Shown here in pieces: positions 28,008-36,885 of a stretch of DNA of 64,000 nt (position 1 is the stretch's first letter; the number at the start of each line of letters is the position of its first letter). The translations under genes were made by a program, and so were the position numbers. The notes under the pieces were generated by a model, which saw only the letters and a program-made list of their open reading frames with translations, ran no database searches and was not told where the DNA came from. The DNA comes from a virus (Duplodnaviria > Heunggongvirae > Uroviricota > Caudoviricetes), in the IMG/VR virus record IMGVR_UViG_3300021255_002910, positions 16,088 to 80,087 of that record. The stretch is one strand, 5' to 3'.

Positions 28008-28340
28008 TCAGTCCTTGTCCTTACTGAGTTCGGCGATGATACCTTCCGCGAATCGCTCCACCTGCTCCAGGCTGCGGGCATGGATCACGTCGCCCCCACG
28101 GTTGAAGATGATGTCCACCCTGCCTTCATCGCAGTCTTGCAGCCGGAACGTGCTCGTCATGCGCAGCGATGCCTGGCTGTAGAGGTCGAGTGCAAACTGC
28201 TCCAGCGTCTTCTCGTTGGCGAAATTCTTTCTCACGTCGCCCACCCGTAGTTCCAGCATCCCGCTCTCATAGCGGGTGATGGTGAAGGGAGCCTTTGCGC
28301 CATTCGCCGTAGTCTTATTGTTGCTGTTCTGTTCGTTCAT
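28008..28340 (-). CDS. hypothetical protein (110 aa)
   Basis: Complete ORF. Confidence 0.5.
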   Translation of the reverse strand: MNEQNSNNKTTANGAKAPFTITRYESGMLELRVGDVRKNFANEKTLEQFALDLYSQASLRMTSTFRLQDCDEGRVDIIFNRGGDVIHARSLEQVERFAEGIIAELSKDKD

Positions 28341-28519
28341 TGTCGTTACTTACTCCTTTTTATAGTTTATCGCCGTGCTCCGACGGGCAGACGTGCGTAG
28401 ATTCATACTGCCGTAGGCTCGTTTCGTTGTCTGCGTGGGGTCGTTGAGCCTGACTAACCTTATTAGCCCTCCTCGCGGTGTGGAGCCGTCTGCCGGTCGT
28501 GAGCGCGTCGATGTGTCGT

Positions 28520-28680
28520 TTCCGTAAACCTTACCTTTTTCTCGGAAAACCTAACCTTTTTTCTGAAAAACCTAACCTTTGCGTTTTCGGGCCTCCCTCG
28601 GTTGATGTTCAATATCAACCCTCGGTCGATGTCACATATCAACCCTCGGTCGATTTTTCGGGGGCTTTCAGCCTTGTTTG
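28520..28680. repeat. direct repeats AAACCTAACCTTTT (x3) and ATATCAACCCTCGGTCGAT (x3, with one inverted copy) in a 350-nt noncoding gap
   Basis: Read directly at 28526-28575 and 28596-28660. Confidence 0.5.
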
Positions 28681-28698
28681 CCCTGCGCGTGGCATAGG

Positions 28699-29112
28699 TC
28701 ATTCGCTGAACAGGTCGCCTACCACCTCCCAGTTTTTTAGGTCGAGCAAGGCCAGCGGTTCGTCGCCGCCGTTGGTGCGCTGGGCGAAAAAGGCCGAGCG
28801 GTCGTTGTTCCAATACACATCGCGGAAAATCTCCTTGTCCTTCATCTTCAGGATGTCGTGCTCAAAGATGTGGCGACCGTTTCTGTCTGTCTTGCCTGTG
28901 TACTGGCACAGCGTCTTCTCGTCCACCGTGCGCCAGTAGCCGCCGTTGCTGCGGTTGCCGGGATCGTCGTTGAAGATACTGTGGCTTTCTCCGTAGCCGA
29001 CCACCTTTCCGTGGTCGCCCTCTATGGCCGGATGCAGCAAGGCATAGTAGCCCTCCACCCATTCGCCAGTCTTGAGGTCTTTGCCTCTAAATCTTATTTT
29101 TCTCATAGTCAT
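28699..29112 (-). CDS. YopX-family phage protein
   Basis: MRKIRFRGKDLKTGEWVEGYY, typical YopX N-terminus. Confidence 0.7.
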   Translation of the reverse strand: MTMRKIRFRGKDLKTGEWVEGYYALLHPAIEGDHGKVVGYGESHSIFNDDPGNRSNGGYWRTVDEKTLCQYTGKTDRNGRHIFEHDILKMKDKEIFRDVYWNNDRSAFFAQRTNGGDEPLALLDLKNWEVVGDLFSE

Positions 29113-29925
29113 TCAATCCTTTACATTCTGTTCCTCCCCGAATATCATCTGCCTTGCCCTCACGATGTCGGGCCGCTGGCTCTCCATGAAGCGGCGGTAG
29201 CCGGCACACTGGCCGCAGGGGCGGAAGCGGCGCATACGGCTCCAGATGTCGGCAAACGGGTCGGCGGTGACGTTGCCCACCGAGGGGCACAGGCGGCTCT
29301 CCGACAGGTGTACGCCCCCTGCGGCATCCACCGACGGCTTGCACAGCTGACCGTGCATTTGCAGCGCAACGCCATAGCCTTGCGGCATGGGCAGTTGGCG
29401 TGCGGCGAGCGTGGCATTCAGGCACGACATAAATTGCGGGTTGCGCTCCACCTCGCGCTGTGCATCGGGGTTGGTCCTCGCCCGTCCGAGGTCTTGCATG
29501 TAGATGGTCGAGTCGATGTCAACGACGACTTTGCGGTACTGCTCGTAGTCGCTGCGGTGGCTCACCACGTAGTCGTAGTCCTTGTACCACTGCCGGTGCG
29601 TATATACCTGCATACCGAGATAGGAGTGCATTCGGGTTATCCAGTCCACGCGCTGCCGTTTCATCTCGTCCTTCAGCCATGCGCCGTTGGAGACGATGGT
29701 GAAGGTGCAGCTCGTAGCCATGTCGAGCCACTCGCACATTTCCGTGATGTGCTCGTTTTCCGTCGGCTCGCCGCCCGACAGCACGAAGTGGCTGCAGCCG
29801 ATGTATGTGCCGAACTTGACGGCCTGCCTGAATGTGTCGAGCGTCATCACCAGCCCCGTTGACTGTGCGTCCTCCATGCAGTGCGGACACTGCATCTGGC
29901 ATTGTGTAGTCAGTTTGATAAGCAT
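29113..29925 (-). CDS. radical SAM protein
   Basis: TTQCQMQCPHCME (CxxxCxxC) and VLSGGEPT. Confidence 0.7.
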   Translation of the reverse strand: MLIKLTTQCQMQCPHCMEDAQSTGLVMTLDTFRQAVKFGTYIGCSHFVLSGGEPTENEHITEMCEWLDMATSCTFTIVSNGAWLKDEMKRQRVDWITRMHSYLGMQVYTHRQWYKDYDYVVSHRSDYEQYRKVVVDIDSTIYMQDLGRARTNPDAQREVERNPQFMSCLNATLAARQLPMPQGYGVALQMHGQLCKPSVDAAGGVHLSESRLCPSVGNVTADPFADIWSRMRRFRPCGQCAGYRRFMESQRPDIVRARQMIFGEEQNVKD

Positions 29926-29982
29926 AATTCGTTTCCTTTGTTTTTAGCCGCCTGACGGCGGGAAATTATATAAAAATTACAT

Positions 29983-30129
29983 TCAAAAATTATTCACTTC
30001 TCTTTGTCCATCTACTTCTATCAGGTCTTTGCAATACTCTTTCCTGCCGGCCATGACGTGACACGACTTGGTGACGTATCGCCCCGTCTTTCGGCAGATA
30101 TAATCCTTGAGTGGTTTCTTGCGTTCCAT
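29983..30129 (-). CDS. small Cys-rich ORF (48 aa) started from the GGAGGACTGAGCG-ATG coupling motif
   Basis: MERKKPLKDYICRKTGRYVTKSCHVMAGRKEYCKDLIEVDGQREVNNF; not in the ORF track. Confidence 0.35.
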   Translation of the reverse strand: MERKKPLKDYICRKTGRYVTKSCHVMAGRKEYCKDLIEVDGQREVNNF

Positions 30130-30132
30130 CGC

Positions 30133-30720
30133 TCAGTCCTCCTTATCCTTTTTCTCAAACAGTTCACGCAACACACGCTCGATGTTGTTGATGCTTCCGG
30201 CAAAGAAGCCGAGGGCGAGCGATAGGGCGATGAGTTCGCGGGTGGTGTACTGCCAGCCTGCCAAGCCGAAGAGCAGACAGAACAGCAGGGAGTAGATAAT
30301 CCACGAGGACATGCGGTCGGCCATCCTTGTCAGCGCTTTCGGTGCAGGAGCCTTGCGCTTGTGGCCGTTGGGGGCGGGCATCACGGGTATATCGTGTTCT
30401 ACGTCGTCACCAGATATGTGTGGTTCAGGTACGTCGGTTGTTATCTCTGTGTCGTTGCCCAGTGCGTCGAGTTCTTCCTGAAGCCGGTTCTTCTCCTGAT
30501 ACAGCACAGCCATCAGCTTTGGGTTCATCCATTTTGGCAAGTGTACGCAGTCGTAATCTTTGCCGCTGTAGTTCTTACAGAAGTCGAAGTGGAACGAGCC
30601 GGGGCGGTCGTTGATGTTCCAATGGCTCCAGCGCTGCATCCTGTAATAGTCGGTTGCATTGGTTATCAGTCGGATGTCCTCCTCCAGCTGTTTTGCCTTT
30701 GTTAATGTCTCTTTGTCCAT
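30133..30720 (-). CDS. hypothetical membrane protein (195 aa), ends ...KKDKED
   Basis: C-terminal TM segments. Stop sits inside AAGGAGGACTGA. Confidence 0.5.
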   Translation of the reverse strand: MDKETLTKAKQLEEDIRLITNATDYYRMQRWSHWNINDRPGSFHFDFCKNYSGKDYDCVHLPKWMNPKLMAVLYQEKNRLQEELDALGNDTEITTDVPEPHISGDDVEHDIPVMPAPNGHKRKAPAPKALTRMADRMSSWIIYSLLFCLLFGLAGWQYTTRELIALSLALGFFAGSINNIERVLRELFEKKDKED

Positions 30721-30793
30721 AGTTTGTTTCCTTTTGTTCTTAGCCTGCTGTCGCAGGGAAATTATATAAAAATTACATTCAAAAATTATTCAG

Positions 30794-31396
30794 TTACGCC
30801 TCGCGCATATCGCTATTGTACCGCTTGCGAGCCTCCTTGCGGCACCAGCTGGAGCGGAACGTCACGCTGCGGGCAAAACGACGGTGCAGCCGCTTCATCT
30901 CGGGATAGTTGTCACCGCTGATTTCTGGCCAGATGTCGAACCACGCATAGTCGAAATGCTCCGTCGGACGGTACTGGAAGATGTCTTCGCAGACAATCTC
31001 CACTCGCGGGTCCTGATAGCACGGTGCCACAAGGTTGATTACGTCTTGCGACTTCTCTACCACTACGATGCGCCGGCACTGCCCACGGTCAAGCAATGCC
31101 TGCACCACCATGCCCAGCCCCAGTCCAGCTATGAGCACGCTGCCAGATGCCTTTCCGATAAAGTCGGCATGGTCGCGCACCTCGGCTGGCGTGTTCGACA
31201 TATACAGCCCGCCGCCCTCTGTCAGCATCCAGTAGTCGCCAGCTTCAAGCGCCCGCTCGCTGCACCCATTGATGACGCAGCGCACTTTAGACCATTTCGC
31301 GTCCTGTTCGCTGACAGTGAACGGCCTGACCTCCCACGATCCGCTCTTGCCCGCCTTTAGGTGCAAGTCAATCCTTTGTATGAAGTTTCTCGCCAT
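30794..31396 (-). CDS. class I SAM-dependent methyltransferase
   Basis: VLIAGLGLGMVVQALL (GxGxG motif I), IVVVEKS (motif II). Confidence 0.6.
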   Translation of the reverse strand: MARNFIQRIDLHLKAGKSGSWEVRPFTVSEQDAKWSKVRCVINGCSERALEAGDYWMLTEGGGLYMSNTPAEVRDHADFIGKASGSVLIAGLGLGMVVQALLDRGQCRRIVVVEKSQDVINLVAPCYQDPRVEIVCEDIFQYRPTEHFDYAWFDIWPEISGDNYPEMKRLHRRFARSVTFRSSWCRKEARKRYNSDMREA

Positions 31397-31400
31397 TGTG

Positions 31401-32117
31401 TCAGTCTTCCTTATCGTTATTCCGTATTTTCACCAGCATCAGTTGGCCGTCCTTGCCAATACCCAAGTCGTAGCCCTCGCTGCGCATCTTATCGAACAGA
31501 ATCTCGCGCTGCTGCTCGTTGGCGGGGGTGATGCCGAGGTCGTCGGCACGTCCAAAATACTCGTCCTCGTCGTAGAACTGGAAGGCTCCTGGCTGGTCGG
31601 GTGCCTCGGTGTTGCAGCTACAGAAGAGCTTTAGCTTGCGGTCGTCGCCCTCGATGCCCTTGAAGATGAAGGCCATCCGCGTAGGGTGATAGAAGAGGAT
31701 GTGGCCGGGGCGTGCGTCGTTGATGTTCCAGCGGCGGTAGTCCTCCTCGTGGCACTTCGGGAATCCGCTGCTCTCACAGATGTAATAGCCGTTACTGTAT
31801 CTCTTAACCAGGTCGTAGCGCCCGGTGCTGATTTCGGTTATCCAGTCGCCCAGCGAGAATTTCGGTGCTTCCTCGCGCCGTGCTATCACTTCGCGCATCA
31901 CGGCCCAGTAGGTCTGCTGCTCGCTCCTGGTGGCGGGCACGGCGCGACCGTCGGCACGCTTCACGGCACAGCGCCGCACGATGTCTATACCGTTGAACGA
32001 GAATATTTGCCGGTTGTCCTTCGGGTTCAGTCCGAGCGACATGAACACGGCATTGCTGCCCGCCACGCGGAACAGCGTGCCTGGGCGGTAGATGCGCTTG
32101 TAGTTTCTTTTCTTCAT
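31401..32117 (-). CDS. hypothetical protein (238 aa)
   Basis: Complete ORF. Confidence 0.5.
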   Translation of the reverse strand: MKKRNYKRIYRPGTLFRVAGSNAVFMSLGLNPKDNRQIFSFNGIDIVRRCAVKRADGRAVPATRSEQQTYWAVMREVIARREEAPKFSLGDWITEISTGRYDLVKRYSNGYYICESSGFPKCHEEDYRRWNINDARPGHILFYHPTRMAFIFKGIEGDDRKLKLFCSCNTEAPDQPGAFQFYDEDEYFGRADDLGITPANEQQREILFDKMRSEGYDLGIGKDGQLMLVKIRNNDKED

Positions 32118-32142
32118 TGTAGTTGTCTGTTAATAATGTTAT

Positions 32143-32670
32143 TTAATCCTCCTTTCCTTTCACGCACATCCTGACGATGGTCTCGGTCAGCACGTTGCCG
32201 TTGGCGCGGGCCATCTGGTCGAGTTTCTCCACGTCGAACTCCTCGGCAGAGAACTTGAACTGAATCCAGTTCGGTTCAAAATCGCGGTAGTCGAGGTATG
32301 TCTTCGGCTCGTCGGTGTCGAGCACGTAGCGCACCATGCGCAGCAGGCGCAGTCCTGCGGCACGGCTCGATACAAAACCGCTCACATCGAAACTTGAAGC
32401 GCCACGGCTCTTCCAGTATTCGCCGCCGCCTTCGGGGCGCTCGTCCTTGGGGTCATAGCGCACGATGTCGCTATTGAAGTATTCAATGGACACCGTTACG
32501 CCACGGCTACCGAAACTGATTCTGTCCGAGAATGGCCGGTATTCGCGTCTGTCGTTCTCAATAAGGAAAGGCACGTCACTGGGGTCCACGTTATTCTTGT
32601 GACAGGTTGTCACCCAATCATCCACCCAATTCTTCAGGTGGCTCAGTGTGATAATTTTTTGCTCGTCCAT
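32143..32670 (-). CDS. hypothetical protein (175 aa)
   Basis: Complete ORF, preceded by the conserved 51-nt leader element. Confidence 0.5.
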   Translation of the reverse strand: MDEQKIITLSHLKNWVDDWVTTCHKNNVDPSDVPFLIENDRREYRPFSDRISFGSRGVTVSIEYFNSDIVRYDPKDERPEGGGEYWKSRGASSFDVSGFVSSRAAGLRLLRMVRYVLDTDEPKTYLDYRDFEPNWIQFKFSAEEFDVEKLDQMARANGNVLTETIVRMCVKGKED

Positions 32671-32745
32671 AATTCGTATAATCCGTTTTAATTCTTGCGT
32701 CCCTGCGGTAGCAAGCGTCTCCTTGCGTCGCCGAGCGCGTTGTTT

Positions 32746-33174
32746 TTATTCTTTCGTCTTATCGTCGCTCATGCCAGGAACTCCGAGCATCTGACTACGA
32801 CATATCGGATAGTCGCGTTTCATCTGCTCGATTAGTACACGTGAAGGGTAGATGACATTGTTGTGTATGCGGTCTTGCCACGCCTTGACGACTGAGTAGG
32901 GAGAGGGTTCCCACCGCACGGGCTTCGGGCGCAATAAGTCGGCCTTGGCGGCAACGAGGCGACCATCGCCCATGATTTCGGCCTGCAGTCCGCTGACCTC
33001 TACAAACTCGGTGACGACGTAGCCCATCTGCGACATCTTCACCAGCGCCTTCTCGCGGTCCTCCTTGCGGGCATACACCACAACCTCGGTGCCTCGCGGC
33101 CAGTCGGGATGTTCGAATGCCTTGCGCACCGCTTCCTCGTCGAAGAGCCTTGCTGTTTCGTCATGGTCGGTCAT
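32746..33174 (-). CDS. hypothetical protein (142 aa)
   Basis: Start 8 nt after TAAGGAGGACTGA. Confidence 0.5.
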   Translation of the reverse strand: MTDHDETARLFDEEAVRKAFEHPDWPRGTEVVVYARKEDREKALVKMSQMGYVVTEFVEVSGLQAEIMGDGRLVAAKADLLRPKPVRWEPSPYSVVKAWQDRIHNNVIYPSRVLIEQMKRDYPICRSQMLGVPGMSDDKTKE

Positions 33175-33187
33175 CGTTCAGTCCTCC

Positions 33188-33415
33188 TTATTCTTCTATT
33201 GTCACTTCGTAGGTTCTGATATTCACGCCGCCGATTTCCGTATTGACTTGCGTCACGTCACAGTAGAGCGGTTTGACCCATTCGAGCGGTTGGTGCGGCT
33301 CGTCGGGGAACAATGGTGTCCTGATTTGTCCGATGGGTGCGTCGCCGTGTTCGCGCAGTATCTGTCCGATGCGTCCGTAGAGGTTGCTGAGCATCATGTA
33401 GTGTTTGCTTGCCAT
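33188..33415 (-). CDS. hypothetical small protein (75 aa)
   Basis: Complete ORF. Confidence 0.45.
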   Translation of the reverse strand: MASKHYMMLSNLYGRIGQILREHGDAPIGQIRTPLFPDEPHQPLEWVKPLYCDVTQVNTEIGGVNIRTYEVTIEE

Positions 33416-33635
33416 AATCCTATACCTTCTAATGTTACCATCCCAAATCGTCTTTCATCAGTCTGCGGTATTCCTTCCACTCCTTTGTGCCTGGTCTGGC
33501 ATAGCGCAGACGCGGGTCGTATAACGGGTCATATAAGTCTTCTTTGTCTCCCATAATTCTTATTGTTTTGTTGATGGCCTGTCGGCCAGAAATTATACAA
33601 AATTATATTCAAAAATTATTCATCGCATAATGATT

Positions 33636-33935
33636 TTAGTTCCCATTCCCGGAGTTCTGCTCTATCAGGTGATCCATCTTCACGTCGCGGACTTTGCTGC
33701 CGTACTGGGCATTCAGGTCGTCGCAGCGCGAGGCACACTGCTTGATGATGTCGCGGATGACGGGATAGCGCATCATCGCAAAGAGTATCTGCGCCGAAAT
33801 CTCGTTGGTCTTGCCGCCAATCACAAAATGGTTTCCCTGATGGCCGATGAACATAAACGAGGCATCGCTGCCCTGAAGGGTGTCGAGCCGCTGCTGCACG
33901 TCGTCGAACACTTGCTTGATTTCTTTCTCTTTCAT
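33636..33935 (-). CDS. hypothetical protein (99 aa)
   Basis: Complete ORF. Confidence 0.5.
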   Translation of the reverse strand: MKEKEIKQVFDDVQQRLDTLQGSDASFMFIGHQGNHFVIGGKTNEISAQILFAMMRYPVIRDIIKQCASRCDDLNAQYGSKVRDVKMDHLIEQNSGNGN

Positions 33936-33962
33936 AATTCGTCTGTTTTCGTTTGCTGTTGC

Positions 33963-34205
33963 TTACTTCACGTATCGCTCCACCATGTCGCAGATGTCGC
34001 CGACGGTCTTCGCCTGATAGGCATCTGCATCGCTGACGTGGATATTAAACTCGTGCTCGATCTCCATCAGCACCTCTATGCAGTCGAGGGAGTCGCCGCC
34101 GAGGTCGTCCTCAAAATTCGCGTTGTTCTTCACTTCTTCGGGCTCTACGCCCAGTTTGTCCACCAGTATGTCGGTGACTTTCTTCTCAATGTCTTGTCTT
34201 GTCAT
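33963..34205 (-). CDS. acyl carrier protein
   Basis: DDLGGDSLDCIEVLMEIEHEF matches the ACP phosphopantetheine-Ser (DSLD) motif; 80 aa, acidic. Confidence 0.75.
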   Translation of the reverse strand: MTRQDIEKKVTDILVDKLGVEPEEVKNNANFEDDLGGDSLDCIEVLMEIEHEFNIHVSDADAYQAKTVGDICDMVERYVK

Positions 34206-34310
34206 ATCACTGTTTATATAGTTTAATTCTCTCTTCTAAAGTCAGCTGCCAGTGCGGACACTCATCGCATTGAACGATTGAAGCTATCCTGCACCATTGC
34301 GGCTTTTTCC

Positions 34311-34757
34311 TTAATCCACATTCCATGTCCTCATGGTTTGTTTAATTATACTGTTAGCATTTTTTCTATATGACATAGCCAGCCGCATAGTTTGTTGCAA
34401 CTGATGTAAGAACTCAATCATGCTCCAATGTGATGCGAGAGGCGAGTCAATGCGAACCATCCAGTCTTCCTTTGGATTGTCATTTAGCTCACGACACCAT
34501 AGCGATACGCTTGTCAGAGTGTCAAGCCGCCACGTCCACTGGTGTTGTCCCTCTATGCCGCGGAAGTTAAACTTCTCGGATCCGTTCTGTTCAAATATCT
34601 CCTTTACCAATGGTATTGGCTCTATGGTGTCTTCGTGAAACTGTCCGTCTTCGCCTTCTGCTCTGATGTACGGCGGTACTATTGCAGAGACTTTCAGAAT
34701 CAGTCCGCCGTGTTTCTGCTTAACGATGTCGCCAACCATTAACTCTTTTGCTTCCAT
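34311..34757 (-). CDS. hypothetical protein (148 aa)
   Basis: Complete ORF. Confidence 0.5.
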   Translation of the reverse strand: MEAKELMVGDIVKQKHGGLILKVSAIVPPYIRAEGEDGQFHEDTIEPIPLVKEIFEQNGSEKFNFRGIEGQHQWTWRLDTLTSVSLWCRELNDNPKEDWMVRIDSPLASHWSMIEFLHQLQQTMRLAMSYRKNANSIIKQTMRTWNVD

Positions 34758-34763
34758 ATCCTC

Positions 34764-34940
34764 TTATTTTAATGCTTTTAGTAATTTCTCTGCGCTCTCC
34801 GGGTTGTCGAAACCCTTGATGTCAACCCACTTGTCGGTGAAGAATCCCTCCTGCAGCACCTGCACGAAGTAGCCGTCATAGGGGATGCAGCCGCCACCGG
34901 GGTAGCAAGGGTATCGGTGTTCTATCCTGTATCTGGGCAT
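34764..34940 (-). CDS. small Cys-rich protein (58 aa), paralog copy 1
   Basis: MPRYRIEHRYPCYPGGGCIPYDGYFVQVLQEGFFTDKWVDIKGFDNPESAEKLLKALK; start 5 nt after GGAGGACTGA. Confidence 0.5.
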   Translation of the reverse strand: MPRYRIEHRYPCYPGGGCIPYDGYFVQVLQEGFFTDKWVDIKGFDNPESAEKLLKALK

Positions 34941-34945
34941 AGTAC

Positions 34946-35152
34946 TCAGTCCTCCTTTCCTTTGTTCATCTTCATCCCTACGAAGTTGCCCAGTAGCAGT
35001 AGCAGGATGGCGCCGGCATTTCTCAGCACAAAGCCCAGATGCCACTGCCACGACGGGAATTTCGTATAACTATTCATGTCGAAGCCGATGTCGAGCAGCA
35101 GCCAGGCAAGCATAAAACCTGTGGTAAAGCATATCCAATCACGTTTCTTCAT
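34946..35152 (-). CDS. small membrane protein (68 aa, 2 TM), ends ...NKGKED
   Basis: Hydrophobic segments FMLAWLLLDIGF and AGAILLLLLGNFVG. Confidence 0.5.
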   Translation of the reverse strand: MKKRDWICFTTGFMLAWLLLDIGFDMNSYTKFPSWQWHLGFVLRNAGAILLLLLGNFVGMKMNKGKED

Positions 35153-35170
35153 ATCGCTCTTGATGTTTAA

Positions 35171-35362
35171 TTACACTTCAGGTCTTTCGGGAATGTCATA
35201 GACGGGGCGCTTGAATATATAGCACTCTAAGGTGCCGATGGTTGAATATCCTGTAAGTTCCCAGCCGTCTTGTCCTATCTCCGTCAGCGCCTCCATCGTC
35301 AGGTTTGTCTCTTTCCGATACTCCCACTTGGGCGTAAGCGTGATTACGTTTGCTTCCATCAT
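35171..35362 (-). CDS. hypothetical small protein (63 aa)
   Basis: Start 4 nt after GGAGGACTGA. Confidence 0.45.
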   Translation of the reverse strand: MMEANVITLTPKWEYRKETNLTMEALTEIGQDGWELTGYSTIGTLECYIFKRPVYDIPERPEV

Positions 35363-35363
35363 A

Positions 35364-35720
35364 TCAGTCCTCCTTTCCTGCTCTCACCAGTTTCACCTCC
35401 CGCGTGCCGTCGTCGTAGAGGGCTGTGCGGCTGCCGTCCACATAGGGTGTGAGCCGTCGCGTGAGGCGCCGCCCGGTGTAGGTGACGTAATACTGATAGG
35501 TCCTGCCGTAGTCAGACTTGCAGCCCTTCATGCCGTCGATGCGGATGATGCTGCCTCGGCTCTCGATGATGTCGCCTGTCTTGAATCGGCTGTGGGCCGC
35601 TGCCCAGCGGTTCAGCGCCTGCTGGCGGTCGCGCTGGTAGTCCTCCTTCAGCTTCCGTGCCGTCTGGTTGTAACCTGCGTCCAGGCGGCTGAGTTCCATT
35701 GTCAGTTGCTCGTTGGTCAT
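35364..35720 (-). CDS. hypothetical protein (118 aa), ends ...AGKED
   Basis: Complete ORF. Confidence 0.5.
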   Translation of the reverse strand: MTNEQLTMELSRLDAGYNQTARKLKEDYQRDRQQALNRWAAAHSRFKTGDIIESRGSIIRIDGMKGCKSDYGRTYQYYVTYTGRRLTRRLTPYVDGSRTALYDDGTREVKLVRAGKED

Positions 35721-35727
35721 ATCGCTC

Positions 35728-35904
35728 TTATTCTAATGCTTTTAACAATCTCTCTGCGCTCTCCCTGTCACCGAAGCCTTTGACGTCAACCCACTTGTCG
35801 GTGAAGAATCCCTCCTGTAGCACCTGCACGAAGTAGCCGTCGTAGGGGATGCAGCCACCACCGGGGTAGCAAGGGTATCGGTGTTCAATCCGGTATCGGG
35901 GCAT
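35728..35904 (-). CDS. small Cys-rich protein (58 aa), paralog copy 2 (about 90% identical at the nucleotide level to 34764..34940); not in the ORF track
   Basis: MPRYRIEHRYPCYPGGGCIPYDGYFVQVLQEGFFTDKWVDVKGFGDRESAERLLKALE. Confidence 0.5.
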   Translation of the reverse strand: MPRYRIEHRYPCYPGGGCIPYDGYFVQVLQEGFFTDKWVDVKGFGDRESAERLLKALE

Positions 35905-35907
35905 CGC

Positions 35908-36333
35908 TCAGTCCACTCCTTTATTCCACAGTCTGTCCCACCAGTTGCGCTTCATCAGCCGGTCGATGCGTCCGAGCGAACTGTCAAGATGCTGCTGGCT
36001 GCGTTTTAACTGCTCTTTCAATTCAGAGATTTCCTGCCGCTCCTGGCTCTGGATGCGGTTAGCCATGTCCTTATAGAACTGGCTCTTGGCCTCCTGTTCA
36101 ATATCGTCGAAGTTCAGGAACTCGTACTTCTCTGTGCATGAGTCCAATGCGTGTTCGTTAATCGCCTTCCACGGATTGCGCGTTATTGTCACCGTCTTCT
36201 TGATAACCCTCAGACGACCATCCTTTGCATTGTCCTCGATGGCCTCCGAAAGGTTCTTGTTCTCATGCTCCAGTTGTTTTACTCTGTCTCTGAGCGCATC
36301 ATAGTCACTCAGTTCGATGTTTAATATTGGCAT
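35908..36333 (-). CDS. coiled-coil protein (141 aa)
   Basis: Complete ORF, ends ...WNKGVD next to a GGAGTGGACTGA variant. Confidence 0.5.
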   Translation of the reverse strand: MPILNIELSDYDALRDRVKQLEHENKNLSEAIEDNAKDGRLRVIKKTVTITRNPWKAINEHALDSCTEKYEFLNFDDIEQEAKSQFYKDMANRIQSQERQEISELKEQLKRSQQHLDSSLGRIDRLMKRNWWDRLWNKGVD

Positions 36334-36336
36334 AAT

Positions 36337-36867
36337 TCAGTCCTCCTTGATTTCCATTGTCTTCAATATCTTCAGCAGCCGTGCCAGTTCGTAGTTTCGG
36401 TAGGCCGTCATGGCGTAGGTGTGGGGTCGCGAGTGGTTGTAGCCGTAACGGCGGATATACTCCAGGCAGGCCCGCTTGGTGAGGAAGGCGCCGGTCTCTT
36501 CGCTCACGCGGCTGTGCTCTTCCACCCATACCACGCTGGCAGAGCTGATGCCCATCTCGTCGTGGATGAACTCAAACACGGTGTCGAGGTCGTCATGGTC
36601 GAGTGTGTCCCAGAGATGTATTAGATCTTTGTCCTCTATGTTTTCGTTCACCCACTCCACGGCTTCATCGAGCGTCATCACCGAGCAGTCGCCGTCGCAG
36701 TTGTAGATACGGGCCTCGCCGCAATCCTCCGGCGCAGGTTCTTCTCGTGTCTCTATCACCCCCCAGAACACGGGATCGGCATTTCCGTCGTTCGGTTGCG
36801 TGAGAAGTTCGTGTTGCAGGTCGCGCAGGAATTGTGCGTCGTCCTGCGATAGTCTGATTTGTGCCAT
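36337..36867 (-). CDS. hypothetical acidic protein (176 aa), ends ...EIKED
   Basis: Complete ORF. Confidence 0.5.
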   Translation of the reverse strand: MAQIRLSQDDAQFLRDLQHELLTQPNDGNADPVFWGVIETREEPAPEDCGEARIYNCDGDCSVMTLDEAVEWVNENIEDKDLIHLWDTLDHDDLDTVFEFIHDEMGISSASVVWVEEHSRVSEETGAFLTKRACLEYIRRYGYNHSRPHTYAMTAYRNYELARLLKILKTMEIKED

Positions 36868-36885
36868 AGTTCAATCCTCCTTTCC

